Source of the DNA: Ignavibacteriota bacterium
Lineage (GTDB): Bacteria; Bacteroidota; Ignavibacteria; UBA10030; UBA6906
DNA: 64,000 nt
Direction of reading: 5' to 3'
NCBI GenBank assembly: GCA_963801355.1
Contig: CAWDEM010000008.1
Coordinates: forward strand, 832,001-896,000
Shown in pieces: positions 54,637-64,000 of the stretch. The notes under the pieces are model-generated. The model worked only from the letters and a program-made list of their open reading frames with translations, did no database searches and was not told the DNA's origin. Numbering within the stretch: the stretch's first letter is position 1; every line of letters begins with the position of its first letter. The translations under genes and the position numbers were made by a program.

Positions 54637-55920
54637 CTAGGATGGCCGGATGATTACCGTCGAGAAACGGTCTTGATGGAATACATCGTTCGAGACTTCC
54701 AGAATATCATCCGGCGTCACGGCATCCACTTTCTTCAGTATGGTGTCGAGTGAAATGTAGGATTCAAGATACAATTCGGCACTGCCGAGACGTGTCATCC
54801 GGCCTGACATATTTTCAAGTCCGAGCATGAGCGTTCCCTTGATCTGGGCTTTTGTTCGCTGGAGCTCGGCGCCGGAGACGGGGGTCTTCTTCAGTTTTTC
54901 CAGTTCATGGAAGACGAGCTCCACGGCGGCCTTGATGTTCTTCTTGTCTGCGCCGAGGTATGTCCCGAACACCCCCGTGTCACTCAGCAGGCTGACGAAC
55001 GAATAGACCGAGTAGGCCAGGCCATGTTTTTCCCGGATGGTCTGATAGAGGCGCGAGCTCATTCCCTCGCCCAGGAGTGTATTGGTCACCATCAGGGAAT
55101 AGCGGTGCGGATGTTTAACGCTGAAGCAGAGTGTGCCAAGGCAAATGTGGGCTTGTGCAATTGGCCGCGGGAATTCTTTGACTTTTTCCGCTCTGGCGGC
55201 CCCCGATGCGGGCTGCCGCGACTTGGGCTCGTCCTCACCGCGGAGATGCCCGAGATAACGGTTCACGAGGCGGGCCAGCAGATCATGGTCCACATTCCCC
55301 GCTGCCGCCACGACGATCTGGGTCGGGCGGTAGTGCGCACGCACATGGGCCCTCAGGTCTTCCCGGCGGAACCCGCGCACGTTGGCTTCCGTGCCGATGA
55401 CGGGGTTCCCGAGCGAATGCCGTGGGAACAGGGTTTTTTCAAAGTAGTCATGGATGATATCTTCGGGATCGTCTTCGGAGTTCTTCAGCTCCTCGATCAC
55501 CACGAGCTTCTCTTTTTCCATTTCCTGTCGCTCGAAGGTGGCGTTCAGCATGATATCCGAAAGCACATCCATGGCCTCGCGGATGTTTGTGTCCAGCACG
55601 CGGGCGTAATAGCAGGTCTGCTCTTTGGTTGTAAAGGCGTTGAGGTAGCCGCCCAGTGATTCGAGGCTCTGTGCAATCTCACGGACGCTTCGATTGCGCG
55701 TCCCTTTGAACACCATGTGCTCGAGGAAGTGGCTGATGCCGTTCTGCGGCCCGGTTTCATCCCGTGAGCCGACGTTGGCCCAGATGCCGAGAGAAACGGA
55801 ACGGACGTGCGGGATCGTTTCGCTGACTACCCGTATGCCATTACGAAGCGTGGTCTTACGGTAGAGCGCATTTTCGACCTGGCTATGTGCCGGAGTGGGT
55901 GTGCGTTTGACGCGTAGCAT
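54637..55920 (-). CDS. M16 (pitrilysin) family zinc peptidase
   Basis: GISHFLEHMVFKGT (HxxEH), NAFT, SSRLYQTIREKHGLAYS. Confidence 0.93.
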   Translation of the reverse strand: MLRVKRTPTPAHSQVENALYRKTTLRNGIRVVSETIPHVRSVSLGIWANVGSRDETGPQNGISHFLEHMVFKGTRNRSVREIAQSLESLGGYLNAFTTKEQTCYYARVLDTNIREAMDVLSDIMLNATFERQEMEKEKLVVIEELKNSEDDPEDIIHDYFEKTLFPRHSLGNPVIGTEANVRGFRREDLRAHVRAHYRPTQIVVAAAGNVDHDLLARLVNRYLGHLRGEDEPKSRQPASGAARAEKVKEFPRPIAQAHICLGTLCFSVKHPHRYSLMVTNTLLGEGMSSRLYQTIREKHGLAYSVYSFVSLLSDTGVFGTYLGADKKNIKAAVELVFHELEKLKKTPVSGAELQRTKAQIKGTLMLGLENMSGRMTRLGSAELYLESYISLDTILKKVDAVTPDDILEVSNDVFHQDRFSTVIIRPS

Positions 55921-55925
55921 GGAAA

Positions 55926-55954
55926 AATATACCCATTCTGGCGCGCAGAGTCAA
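55926..55954 (-). promoter_or_regulatory. sigma70 promoter, probably yielding a leaderless M16 peptidase mRNA
   Basis: TTGACT-17-TATATT, with the ATG (55920) 5 nt beyond the -10 box. Confidence 0.6.
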
Positions 55955-56000
55955 CCGGGCTGTTGTCCGGCGCCTCCGTTGCCTGGCGGGTGTTCCGGGG

Positions 56001-57599
56001 TTATGGAAGGATGGTGTCGCGGAGGAACTCAGCGTCGTTTCTGCTTCGGTAATCGGTAGTCACGTGCAATCCCCTGCTCTCCTTGCGCAGCATTGCGCAC
56101 TTGATGACCAGCATGGCGCACTGGGCAAGGTTACGGAGTTCGATCAACCCTTCTGTCACTCTGGTACGTTTGTAGAAGTCCTCGACTTCGTTCTGGATCA
56201 ACTCCATGCGGCGCAGGGCCCGGCCGAGACGGAGATCGGAACGCACGATGCCCACGTAGTCCCACATGACCTCCTGGATTTCGCGCCGGTTATGGGATAC
56301 GAGGATCCATTCCTCGCTGTTCAAGGTGCCGCTATAGTCCCAGGGGGCGACCTCCGGGAGAGGCTTTTTCAGGGGGGAGCCCTTGCCGATAGAAGCCCGC
56401 AGTGCCCGGTCTGAAAACACGAGTGCTTCCAGAAGCGAGTTGCTGGCAAGGCGGTTTGCGCCGTGGACGCCGGTCATGCTCACCTCGCCTGCGGCATACA
56501 GCCCGTGCACATTGGTCCGCCCGTCCACGTCGGTGACCACGCCCCCGCAAGAGTAGTGGGCGGCGGGAACGACCGGGATGGGTTCGGCGGTGATATCGAG
56601 CTTATATTTGGTCAGGCAGGTGCTGTAGATATGGGGGAAATGTTCCCGCACGCCATCGGCTGGGAGGTGGCGGAGATCCAGCAAGACATATTCGTCTCCC
56701 CGTTTCTTCAGTTCGGTATCGATGGCGTAAGCGACAATATCGCGCGGGGCCAGTTCCTTCCGCTCATCGTAGGCGTTCATGAATTCCTCCCCGCTCTGGG
56801 TCCGGAGCCTGGCACCGAAGCCCCGGACAGCCTCCGAGATCAGAAACGACGGGGTACCGGAGTTAAAGAGCGTTGTCGGGTGGAATTGAATGAATTCCAT
56901 ATTGGCAATTCTCGCGCCCGCGCGGTACGCCATTGCGACCCCGTCCCCTGTCGCGATCGCGGGGTTCGTTGTATGCAGGTACACCTGACCCAGCCCTCCC
57001 GTGGCCAGGAGCACGACAGGAGCGAGAAACATTTCCACTGCTCTGGTATGGTTATCGAGGACATATGCGCCCCAGCAGTGAATCGGGGTGTTGTTGGCGC
57101 GTTGCCGGTCTGCCAGGTTATGTTCGGTGATCAGCTCGAGGGCAACATGTTCTTCGAACATCTTGATATTCGGAGCGGCTGCGACGGCTGCAAGCAGGGC
57201 CCGCTCTATTTCATGGCCGGTAAGATCCTTTGCATGGACAATTCTATTGATCGAATGCCCGCCTTCCCGTCCGAGGTCCAGGGCGCCGTTTTTGTATGTG
57301 AACTGTGCGCCGATCGCGATCAGATCACGGAGCCGGTCAGGTCCCTCCCGCACCAGGATCGTCACCGCATCCTCGTGGCTCAAGCCCATGCCAGTTGAGA
57401 GCGTATCGCGGACGTGCAAATCGAAGGAATCGACCTGGGACATCACGGCCGCCACACCGCCCTGAGCGTAGTTCGTATTCGACTCCGCTTTTTCCTTCTT
57501 GGTAACGACAGCCACGGTGCCGAATTGGGCCGCTTTCACAGCATAGGTAAGCCCGGCAATGCCGGTACCTATGATAAGGAAATCGAAATGGTGTGGCAT
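56001..57599 (-). CDS. nadB: L-aspartate oxidase
   Basis: IGTGIAGL, NTNYAQGG, REGGHS..RIVH, EFIQFHPT, SEAVRG, GVHGANRLASNSLLE. Confidence 0.95.
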   Translation of the reverse strand: MPHHFDFLIIGTGIAGLTYAVKAAQFGTVAVVTKKEKAESNTNYAQGGVAAVMSQVDSFDLHVRDTLSTGMGLSHEDAVTILVREGPDRLRDLIAIGAQFTYKNGALDLGREGGHSINRIVHAKDLTGHEIERALLAAVAAAPNIKMFEEHVALELITEHNLADRQRANNTPIHCWGAYVLDNHTRAVEMFLAPVVLLATGGLGQVYLHTTNPAIATGDGVAMAYRAGARIANMEFIQFHPTTLFNSGTPSFLISEAVRGFGARLRTQSGEEFMNAYDERKELAPRDIVAYAIDTELKKRGDEYVLLDLRHLPADGVREHFPHIYSTCLTKYKLDITAEPIPVVPAAHYSCGGVVTDVDGRTNVHGLYAAGEVSMTGVHGANRLASNSLLEALVFSDRALRASIGKGSPLKKPLPEVAPWDYSGTLNSEEWILVSHNRREIQEVMWDYVGIVRSDLRLGRALRRMELIQNEVEDFYKRTRVTEGLIELRNLAQCAMLVIKCAMLRKESRGLHVTTDYRSRNDAEFLRDTILP

Positions 57600-57618
57600 G
57601 GTCTACAGGTAAGGGAAG

Positions 57619-57651
57619 AAAAAGGGCGGCCGCCGCAGTACGGAGCCGCCC
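57619..57651 (-). terminator. Intrinsic terminator after the OMP gene
   Basis: - strand GGGCGGC-loop-GCCGCCC-TTTTT. Confidence 0.7.
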
Positions 57652-57673
57652 GTTGGAGTACGCAGTCCGGCCG

Positions 57674-59071
57674 CTATTCGAAGCAATAACTGAGTGTAAC
57701 GTAGCCGAACGTATTGATGTTGTCTCCACCCAGCAAGCCGAGGCCCCGACGGAGAGCTTGTTCGCTGACCGTGGCATCCATGGCGAAGCCGCCGAACTTG
57801 AGCCCGAGGCCGAGCGTCATCAATCCGTTTTCGTCGTTCGCTGCGGGCACATAGCCGGCCAGCGACACGCCGCTGTTGCCGAGGCTGACATTGGATTCGG
57901 ATGTCGTGCCGCCATCGACTTCAGTTTTGCTCCCGAGCGTTGCCATCGCGCGATAGTAGCCTCCCCGGACCGTCAGCCAGTCGAGCACGGGATATTCCAC
58001 GCCCAGGTTGAAGACGGGGAATGCGGTAATGGAAGATGTCGACGTCGTTGTCTTGTCGGTTGGTGTGGCATTCGGATTCGTTTCCACCTTGTCCTTGCGG
58101 AGCGCAAAACTGAGACCGCCCGCGAGGTAGAAGTCCTTCACCTTCACTTCGCCGCCGACGCCCACGCTCATCGTAAACACGCTGCCCTTGTAAGAGTATT
58201 TTGTTTCCGCCTGTCCTTCCAGACGGTCGTCTTCCTTGGGCTCACCTGACCACAGACGCACGGCTCCATAGGGTACCAGTGTGAAGCGCTTGGACATTTT
58301 GAGAGCCGCACGCAGATTAGCTTCGATCTCGGTTGCGCTGGCGCTGTACCCGCTTGTACCTGTGCCAGCGCCTGTTCCGCCGATGGTGTATTTGTCCTTG
58401 GCACTGTTCATGCGGAGGGCGAGAGCAGCTTCAAACAACGAGCCGCTGCCCAGGTCCGCGCGCACGCCTGCCCGGATGCCGATCAAGCGGGCCGACAGCG
58501 ACGCCTCAGAGTTGTTTGTGGCGGGGGCAGCGGGAGTGAACTTCGTATCCTGATTCGATGAACCATACGAGAGGCCTGCCCCGACCGTCATTCCGTCAAG
58601 GTCAAATGCGGCCAGAACCTCGAAGATCTCGATAGCCCTTGCGGCGCCCAGGCCTGCCGCGGGGTTTGCCGCGGGGCGCGTGGAACGGGCAAGATAGGTG
58701 TTCAGCGGTGCCCAGAGGTCATTAGCGACTGAAGGATCATACGATAAGACTGCGCCGACGGCCATTCCCTTGCCGAAAGAGAAGTTCACGCCGCCGAACT
58801 GGTTTCCGTAGATATTCTCCCCACCATACCCGTTGATGGTCCCGCCTGCGATATTGAACCACGCGTAATCTGAGTAGCTCAACAAGTATGCAGGATTGAC
58901 GAGCTGCCACGTGGGATCCATCACAATGAACGGGTTCACGGCAATGTTGCGATCGACCCTTGCTGATCCCATCGATAGCTCGCGGGCGAACCCACCGGGT
59001 TTTGCCTGTGCAAAGAGGGTGGTGCTGGCCAGTACCAGAAGCAGGAGAACGATGGTAACTTTGCGCGTCAT
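57674..59071 (-). CDS. Outer-membrane beta-barrel protein
   Basis: Signal peptide ...TTLFA-Q, alternating amphipathic strands, C-terminal YVTLSYCFE. Has its own promoter and terminator. Confidence 0.7.
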   Translation of the reverse strand: MTRKVTIVLLLLVLASTTLFAQAKPGGFARELSMGSARVDRNIAVNPFIVMDPTWQLVNPAYLLSYSDYAWFNIAGGTINGYGGENIYGNQFGGVNFSFGKGMAVGAVLSYDPSVANDLWAPLNTYLARSTRPAANPAAGLGAARAIEIFEVLAAFDLDGMTVGAGLSYGSSNQDTKFTPAAPATNNSEASLSARLIGIRAGVRADLGSGSLFEAALALRMNSAKDKYTIGGTGAGTGTSGYSASATEIEANLRAALKMSKRFTLVPYGAVRLWSGEPKEDDRLEGQAETKYSYKGSVFTMSVGVGGEVKVKDFYLAGGLSFALRKDKVETNPNATPTDKTTTSTSSITAFPVFNLGVEYPVLDWLTVRGGYYRAMATLGSKTEVDGGTTSESNVSLGNSGVSLAGYVPAANDENGLMTLGLGLKFGGFAMDATVSEQALRRGLGLLGGDNINTFGYVTLSYCFE

Positions 59072-59127
59072 GTGACCTCCACATTGTTGGTGATGTACGT
59101 GCACGCTACAGCTGCACAAATTGAGAG

Positions 59128-59156
59128 AATATACAATCCCGTCATTTCAATTGCAA
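59128..59156 (-). promoter_or_regulatory. sigma70 promoter of the OMP gene
   Basis: TTGCAA-17-TATATT on the - strand. Confidence 0.55.
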
Positions 59157-59786
59157 ACCGGGTGCCATGGCCTTAAGAATTGTATCTAAGAATCTCACTT
59201 TCCCGTCCATCGCCGCCGCATCACTATCGTTGCGTATGACAAAATCCGCGCGGGCGACCTTTTTCGCCGCGGGGAGCTGTGCCGCAATGCGCAGGAGCAC
59301 CGCATCTCTCGTTATCCCATCCCGTTCCATCACACGACGGATCCTGGTCTCCTCTTCTGCATCGACCACGATCACCCGGTCGAGGAGGTCGTCCATCCCG
59401 CTCTCGTAGATCAACGCGGCTTCCACGATGACATAGGGGTGCCGTTGAGCCGCGGGCAATCCCTCCGCGGCGCGTGTGATTACATCAATGACGGGGGGGT
59501 GAACGATGGCGTTGAGTTTCTTCAGGAGCGCATGGTTGGCGAAGACGCGGGAGGCAACGAACTTCCGGTCCATAGTGCCGCCGCCGGGATACGCGGGGGG
59601 ACCGAGCAGTTCGGCAACACGCCGGCGGACCACGGGGTCGGCGTCGGAAATCTCCTGCGCGATGATATCCGCGCGAAGCACCGGTCGCCCGAGGCGCTCA
59701 AAGAGGGAGCAGACGAGTGACTTCCCGCTCCCGATGCCGCCCGTGACACCCACCAGGAGGTAGTCGCGCTTACTTGGCATATGCAA
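59142..59786 (-). CDS. coaE: Dephospho-CoA kinase
   Basis: [31 protein letters not shown]. Confidence 0.95.
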   Translation of the reverse strand: MHMPSKRDYLLVGVTGGIGSGKSLVCSLFERLGRPVLRADIIAQEISDADPVVRRRVAELLGPPAYPGGGTMDRKFVASRVFANHALLKKLNAIVHPPVIDVITRAAEGLPAAQRHPYVIVEAALIYESGMDDLLDRVIVVDAEEETRIRRVMERDGITRDAVLLRIAAQLPAAKKVARADFVIRNDSDAAAMDGKVRFLDTILKAMAPGLQLK

Positions 59787-61335
59787 CCGCCCGGTATTCC
59801 CTGATCACCGTCACCTTGATCTGCCCGGGGTATTCCATCTCCCGCTCTATTTTCTCGGAGATATCGTGGGCAAGTTGATCGGCACGCGCATCATCCACGC
59901 GGTCCTGCTCGACCACAACGCGCACCTCCCTGCCCGCCTGGATAGCGTAGGATTTTGACACTCCGCGGAACGACTGTGAAAGCTCTTCGAGTTTTTCAAG
60001 TCGTTTCACATAGCCTTCCACTGATTCCCGGCGTGCTCCCGGCCGAGCGCCGCTGATCGCATCGGCCGCCTGGACCAGTGCGGCGATCGGCGATTCCATC
60101 GGGATATCATCGTGATGGGAGCCGATTGCGTTCGCCACCAGGGCATGTTCGCCGTACCTCTTGGCGACTTCGAAGCCGATCAAGGCATGCGGGCCCTCCA
60201 CGTTCTTGTCGACGCATTTCCCGATGTCGTGCAGAAGTCCAGCCCGTTTGGCAAGAATCGCATCGAGCCCCAGCTCGGCAGCCATCGCACCGGTGAGGAA
60301 TGAGACCTCGATGCTGTGCTGGAGCATATTCTGTCCGTAGCTCGAGCGGTACTTCATTTTTCCTATGAGCTTCAGGAGTTCCTTATGGGCGCCATGGAGC
60401 CCCACTTCGAGGAGTGTGTTTTCTCCGACTTTGAGGATTTCCTCCTCGAGTTCGGTGCGCACTTTCTCCACCACTTCCTCGATGCGCGCGGGGTGTATGC
60501 GCCCGTCGGCGATCAGGCGCTCGAGGGCGATGCGCGCAACTTCGCGGCGGAAGGGATCGAACCCCGAGAGGATGACGGCTTCGGGTGTATCATCGACAAT
60601 AACATCCACGCCTGTCGCCGCTTCAAACGCCCTGATATTGCGGCCTTCGCGTCCGATGATTCTCCCTTTCATTTCGTCGCTCTGGATATTCAGCACGCTG
60701 ACGGTCGTTTCGACGGAATGGTCCGCCGCCGTGCGCTGAATTGCCTGGACCACGAGTTTCTGGGCCTCTTTCTTGGCTTCATCCTTCGCGGTATCGCGGA
60801 TTCCCTTCAGCATCATAGCAGCTTCCGCACGCGCCTCGTTCGCCAGATTCTCGATCAGCTGCCGTTTGGCATCCTCGCGTGTCAGGCCGGAGAGGCGTTC
60901 CAGGCGGATATTTTCATCCGCCACCAGCCGTTCGAGTTCTTGTTCACGCGACTCAATGGCACGGTGCCGTTCGTCCATCTGGCGTTTCAACACCACCTGC
61001 TCCCGCTCTTTCCTGCTGAGCAGTTCGACTTTCCTATCGATGTTTTCTTCGCGGACGTCCAGGGCTTTTTCCTGGGCGGAGAGCTTGTTCCGCTTTGACT
61101 GCACGTCGGAGTCGAACTCCTTCTTTTTCGTGTACCACTCGTCTTTTACTTCAAGGAGTTTCTCCCGTTTCAGTGTATCTGCCTCTTTTGCCGCATCATC
61201 AAGGAGTTTCTTCGCCGCATCCTTTGCGGTCGCGATCCGGGTGCGGGACATCCGCTTGGTTACTGCCCAGCCGATGGTGAATCCCAGGACCGCGGCCACC
61301 AGGAGTATCGCGGGCGGCCACACACTAAGTTCCAT
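59770..61335 (-). CDS. rny: Ribonuclease Y
   Basis: N-terminal TM, coiled coil, KH ([14 protein letters not shown]), HD ([21 protein letters not shown]). GGAGG RBS before 61335. Confidence 0.97.
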   Translation of the reverse strand: MELSVWPPAILLVAAVLGFTIGWAVTKRMSRTRIATAKDAAKKLLDDAAKEADTLKREKLLEVKDEWYTKKKEFDSDVQSKRNKLSAQEKALDVREENIDRKVELLSRKEREQVVLKRQMDERHRAIESREQELERLVADENIRLERLSGLTREDAKRQLIENLANEARAEAAMMLKGIRDTAKDEAKKEAQKLVVQAIQRTAADHSVETTVSVLNIQSDEMKGRIIGREGRNIRAFEAATGVDVIVDDTPEAVILSGFDPFRREVARIALERLIADGRIHPARIEEVVEKVRTELEEEILKVGENTLLEVGLHGAHKELLKLIGKMKYRSSYGQNMLQHSIEVSFLTGAMAAELGLDAILAKRAGLLHDIGKCVDKNVEGPHALIGFEVAKRYGEHALVANAIGSHHDDIPMESPIAALVQAADAISGARPGARRESVEGYVKRLEKLEELSQSFRGVSKSYAIQAGREVRVVVEQDRVDDARADQLAHDISEKIEREMEYPGQIKVTVIREYRAVAYAK

Positions 61336-61374
61336 ACCACCTCCATTTATCAAAGTCAGATCACAACAAAAAAA

Positions 61375-61610
61375 ATCCGCACTGCGTCAACCCTTCAGGA
61401 AGGCACATTAAAGAACCCTTCCATTCACAGTGGGTACCTGCCGGAGCGTCTTTTACTTCCACCCTCTCGCTCGTTCCGCGCTAGGCGGAAGTCATCGCAA
61501 GAATCCCGAACATCCGGGATGAGGCATGTAATCGACGCCCGCGAGCGGGGCTCCCATGATTACACTGTTGGTTCTTTATTTGTGTAAGTGAAGCGGTTGA
61601 CGGTGCGGAT
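61375..61610 (-). ncRNA. ssrS: 6S RNA
   Basis: Between zapA and rny, the conserved synteny. Closing stem ATCCGCACCGTCAACC / GGTTGACGCAGTGCGGAT, central bubble, inner stems AAAGAACC/GGTTCTTT and ACAGTG/CACTGT. Confidence 0.85.
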
Positions 61611-61653
61611 ATATTCCGTACGTCAGTACATCGACGATATTATGAAAGAACAG

Positions 61654-61947
61654 TCATTCCGACCGCATGCATGTATCCAGATGCTCGGACATCTTGACAA
61701 GCTCATCCTCGAACAGCGCGGCAACTGTTCCCGAGCGGTCGCGCTCTTTGAACAGCTCCTCCGTGATGTTCAGCGCGGTAAGTACCGCGACTGTCAGTGT
61801 CGGTTGTTCGGGGATCTTGTCATGGATGCTCGTAATCATTTCATCCACGTACGTAGCCACGCGGCGCGTGAAGTCTTCACTCTCGCCCCGCAGCGGGTAC
61901 TCCGAACCGAAAATCCGGACTTTGATACTTTTTTTATCCATGGTCAT
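61654..61947 (-). CDS. zapA: Cell division protein ZapA
   Basis: KVRIFGSEYPL...VATYVDEMI...AVLTALNITEEL. Confidence 0.9.
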   Translation of the reverse strand: MTMDKKSIKVRIFGSEYPLRGESEDFTRRVATYVDEMITSIHDKIPEQPTLTVAVLTALNITEELFKERDRSGTVAALFEDELVKMSEHLDTCMRSE

Positions 61948-61968
61948 CGTCGATCGTCGTCAGCCGCA

Positions 61969-62301
61969 TCACAGATACGCATCGATTCTCGCCAGAAGGT
62001 CCTTGACCTTCTGCGCGAGCGCCTCGCGTTCACCATTGCCAAAGGCCCTTGCCGCATCTCCCTCGCGGGCTTGCGACGCAGACCCGAGGAGTTGTTCCTT
62101 GCGCGAAAGCTCGGTCTGCAGATGCCGCACTTCCGCGCGCAACTGCTCTACCTGCGTGTGAAGAGCCTGCCGCTCCTCACGCAACTGCTGGATGAGATCG
62201 CCCGCCGAGCGCACTTTTTCCCAGAGTGCCTTCAGCGCGATCTCCACCGACCGAACATCTCCCGAAGCTTCAGATGGCGTTGTGCCGGTTGAGTTTTCCA
62301 A
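61969..62301 (-). CDS. ZapB-like coiled-coil protein
   Basis: Coiled coil ending REALAQKVKDLLARID, located between pheT and zapA. TTG start assumed. Confidence 0.7.
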   Translation of the reverse strand: MENSTGTTPSEASGDVRSVEIALKALWEKVRSAGDLIQQLREERQALHTQVEQLRAEVRHLQTELSRKEQLLGSASQAREGDAARAFGNGEREALAQKVKDLLARIDAYL

Positions 62302-62333
62302 GCTGTCGCTGTTGTTGTAGTGGCTGTTGAGTG

Positions 62334-64000
62334 CTACTGTACGCCGCGCAGCGTCCCACCGCACTCCTTCTCCACCGCGCCGATCACACGCTGCATCACC
62401 GCTTCAATATCGGCCTCGGTCAACGTCTTCTCCCGTGACATGAGTTCAAGTGCAAGGGCGATGCTCTTCACGCCCGCAGGGACATTGGGCCCCTGGTACA
62501 CATCAAACACTTCCACGGATGCAAGAAGTTCTCCCGCAGCTTTCCTGATCACATCAAGCACCGATCCGGCACTGGTGTCCTCGGCTACACCGAATGCGAC
62601 ATCCCGCCGCACTCTCGGATACCGTGGCAGCGAACTGAATTTCACTGCCCGGCGCCCCACAAGGCTCTCCAGTGCTATCTCCGCAACGAAAACTTCCTGC
62701 TCGATACCAAAGAACTTCAAGACGTCTGCCCGAACAGCTCCCGCATATCCGGCGTAACTGTCAGCAATTTCAATAGCTAGGGTGCTTTCAGTTAAACCGC
62801 TGGCGGTAGGATAAGAAATTACGCGGCATTTGTCAAGAGCAAATACTTCAAGCAAACCCTCGAGTATCCCCTTGATGTCATAGATGTCGCCCGCGCGCTT
62901 CTTTTCGCTCCAATCGCCGAGATTCCCAGCACCGGTCAGGAGCACCCCTATCCGCTCTTCTTCGAGAAAATCCTCCACAAGCTTCGGTTTTGCACTAAAA
63001 TCCCTACAAAAAACATGCCCAATTTCAAAGATCCGGAGGTCTGGAATGTTGATATTGATGTTTCGGGCCACGACATCCAGCATCCCCGGAATCAGGCTGG
63101 TACGCAGAAATCCCATATCCTGATTCTGCGGGTTGAGTATGGCAACGGGTTCTGCCCCGCTCAGCCGAGCGCGCTTTTCGTCATGCATGGAATTCGTGAT
63201 GACTTCGTGCAATCCCGATGCGACGAGATGCGTCCGGATGGGATCCGCCCGGGCCACCCGCGGAAACGGCTGGACAAAATCCACGCTCGTGCGTGTCTTG
63301 TCTTCGATGTTATTATACCCGTACACGCGCGCGACCTCTTCGATGAGATCGATCTCCCGTTCCAGATCGACCCTGAATGTCGGCACGGCAAATGTCACCA
63401 TCTCCTTCGTCTGTTTCACGGGCCGGAAACCCAGCCGGCGAAGCGAACGGAGCATGGCGGGGACGGGCTGGTTGATACCAATGATCGCGTTGGCCCGTGC
63501 CGGCCGCAACGTCACCAGACGTTCCTTCACCGGTTTTGGATAGACGTCGATCGCGCCTTTCAGGAGCGTGCCGCCTGCCAGATCCACGACAAGCGCTGCC
63601 GCACGCTCCAATGCATACGGCACGCCATTCGGATCGGCACCCCGTTCGAATCGCTGCGATGCATCAGTGCTTATCCCCAGCGACTTCGCAGTCCGCCTGA
63701 TGCTGGATGGGTTCCAATACGCGCTCTCGAGCACCACGTCGACGGTCGTGTCACGGATTTCAGAATTCTCGCCTCCCATGACGCCGGCAATGGACACCGG
63801 TTTCTTTCCGTCGCAGACCATGACCGAAGCCGGCGGCATCTCATGGTCCACACCGTCCAGCGTGCGGAAGCGAAGCCCTTCTCCCGCTTGCCGAATCACG
63901 AGACGCTGTCCTTCCAGCAAGGCATAATCGAACGCGTGCATCGGATGTCCCGATTCGAGCATGACAAAGTTCGTGATGTCGACGACATTGTTACGCGGGC
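62334..64000 (-). CDS. pheT: Phenylalanyl-tRNA synthetase beta subunit (5' part outside window)
   Basis: NVVDITNFVMLESGHPMHAFD, AGVMGG, ESAYW, RFERG, DLIEEVARVYGY, LRTSLIPG, FDVYQG anticodon-binding domain. Confidence 0.97.
   Translation of the reverse strand, partial: PRNNVVDITNFVMLESGHPMHAFDYALLEGQRLVIRQAGEGLRFRTLDGVDHEMPPASVMVCDGKKPVSIAGVMGGENSEIRDTTVDVVLESAYWNPSSIRRTAKSLGISTDASQRFERGADPNGVPYALERAAALVVDLAGGTLLKGAIDVYPKPVKERLVTLRPARANAIIGINQPVPAMLRSLRRLGFRPVKQTKEMVTFAVPTFRVDLEREIDLIEEVARVYGYNNIEDKTRTSVDFVQPFPRVARADPIRTHLVASGLHEVITNSMHDEKRARLSGAEPVAILNPQNQDMGFLRTSLIPGMLDVVARNININIPDLRIFEIGHVFCRDFSAKPKLVEDFLEEERIGVLLTGAGNLGDWSEKKRAGDIYDIKGILEGLLEVFALDKCRVISYPTASGLTESTLAIEIADSYAGYAGAVRADVLKFFGIEQEVFVAEIALESLVGRRAVKFSSLPRYPRVRRDVAFGVAEDTSAGSVLDVIRKAAGELLASVEVFDVYQGPNVPAGVKSIALALELMSREKTLTEADIEAVMQRVIGAVEKECGGTLRGVQ

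Overview
The window looks like chromosome from a GC-rich FCB-group bacterium, probably Ignavibacteria-like or deep Bacteroidota. That assignment is inferred from a type IX secretion C-terminal domain and the pheT-zapB-zapA-6S-rny arrangement. Almost all genes are on the - strand. (1) 1-4603 is the right end of a tyrosine-integrase element sitting against the 5' half of a tRNA-Arg(CCT) gene that has no T-arm or 3' acceptor strand. Its cargo is HTH, Zn-ribbon, membrane protein, cyclic-phosphate receiver (cREC), TPR, and an HNH-like protein absent from the ORF track. (2) 5153-10627 encodes secreted proteins: a beta-helix lipoprotein, a DUF362-T9SS protein and a Tat GH36-like enzyme. (3) About 10.7-35.1 kb is an osmotic/general-stress island with a 3051-aa cyclic beta-1,2-glucan synthase, GlsB, CbpA, TrkAH, lmo0937-like, AI-2E, LysE, OmpA/DUF4398, CsbD x2 and an orphan NarL-type regulator. 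Eight of its promoters share a ~40-bp motif a fixed 16-18 nt from a TATACT-type -10 box, which suggests a self-contained regulon. This is the most notable observation. (4) 35.3-64 kb is mostly core and envelope genes: TPR, REC-PAS-kinase, nadD, a glycan cluster of 6 GT2, 3 methyltransferases and Wzx, CorC/HlyC, nuoI-H-G, a eukaryote-like alanine aminotransferase, M16 peptidase, nadB, an OMP, coaE, rny, 6S RNA, zapA, a zapB-like gene and partial pheT. All family calls come from motif recognition by eye. No database searches were run.
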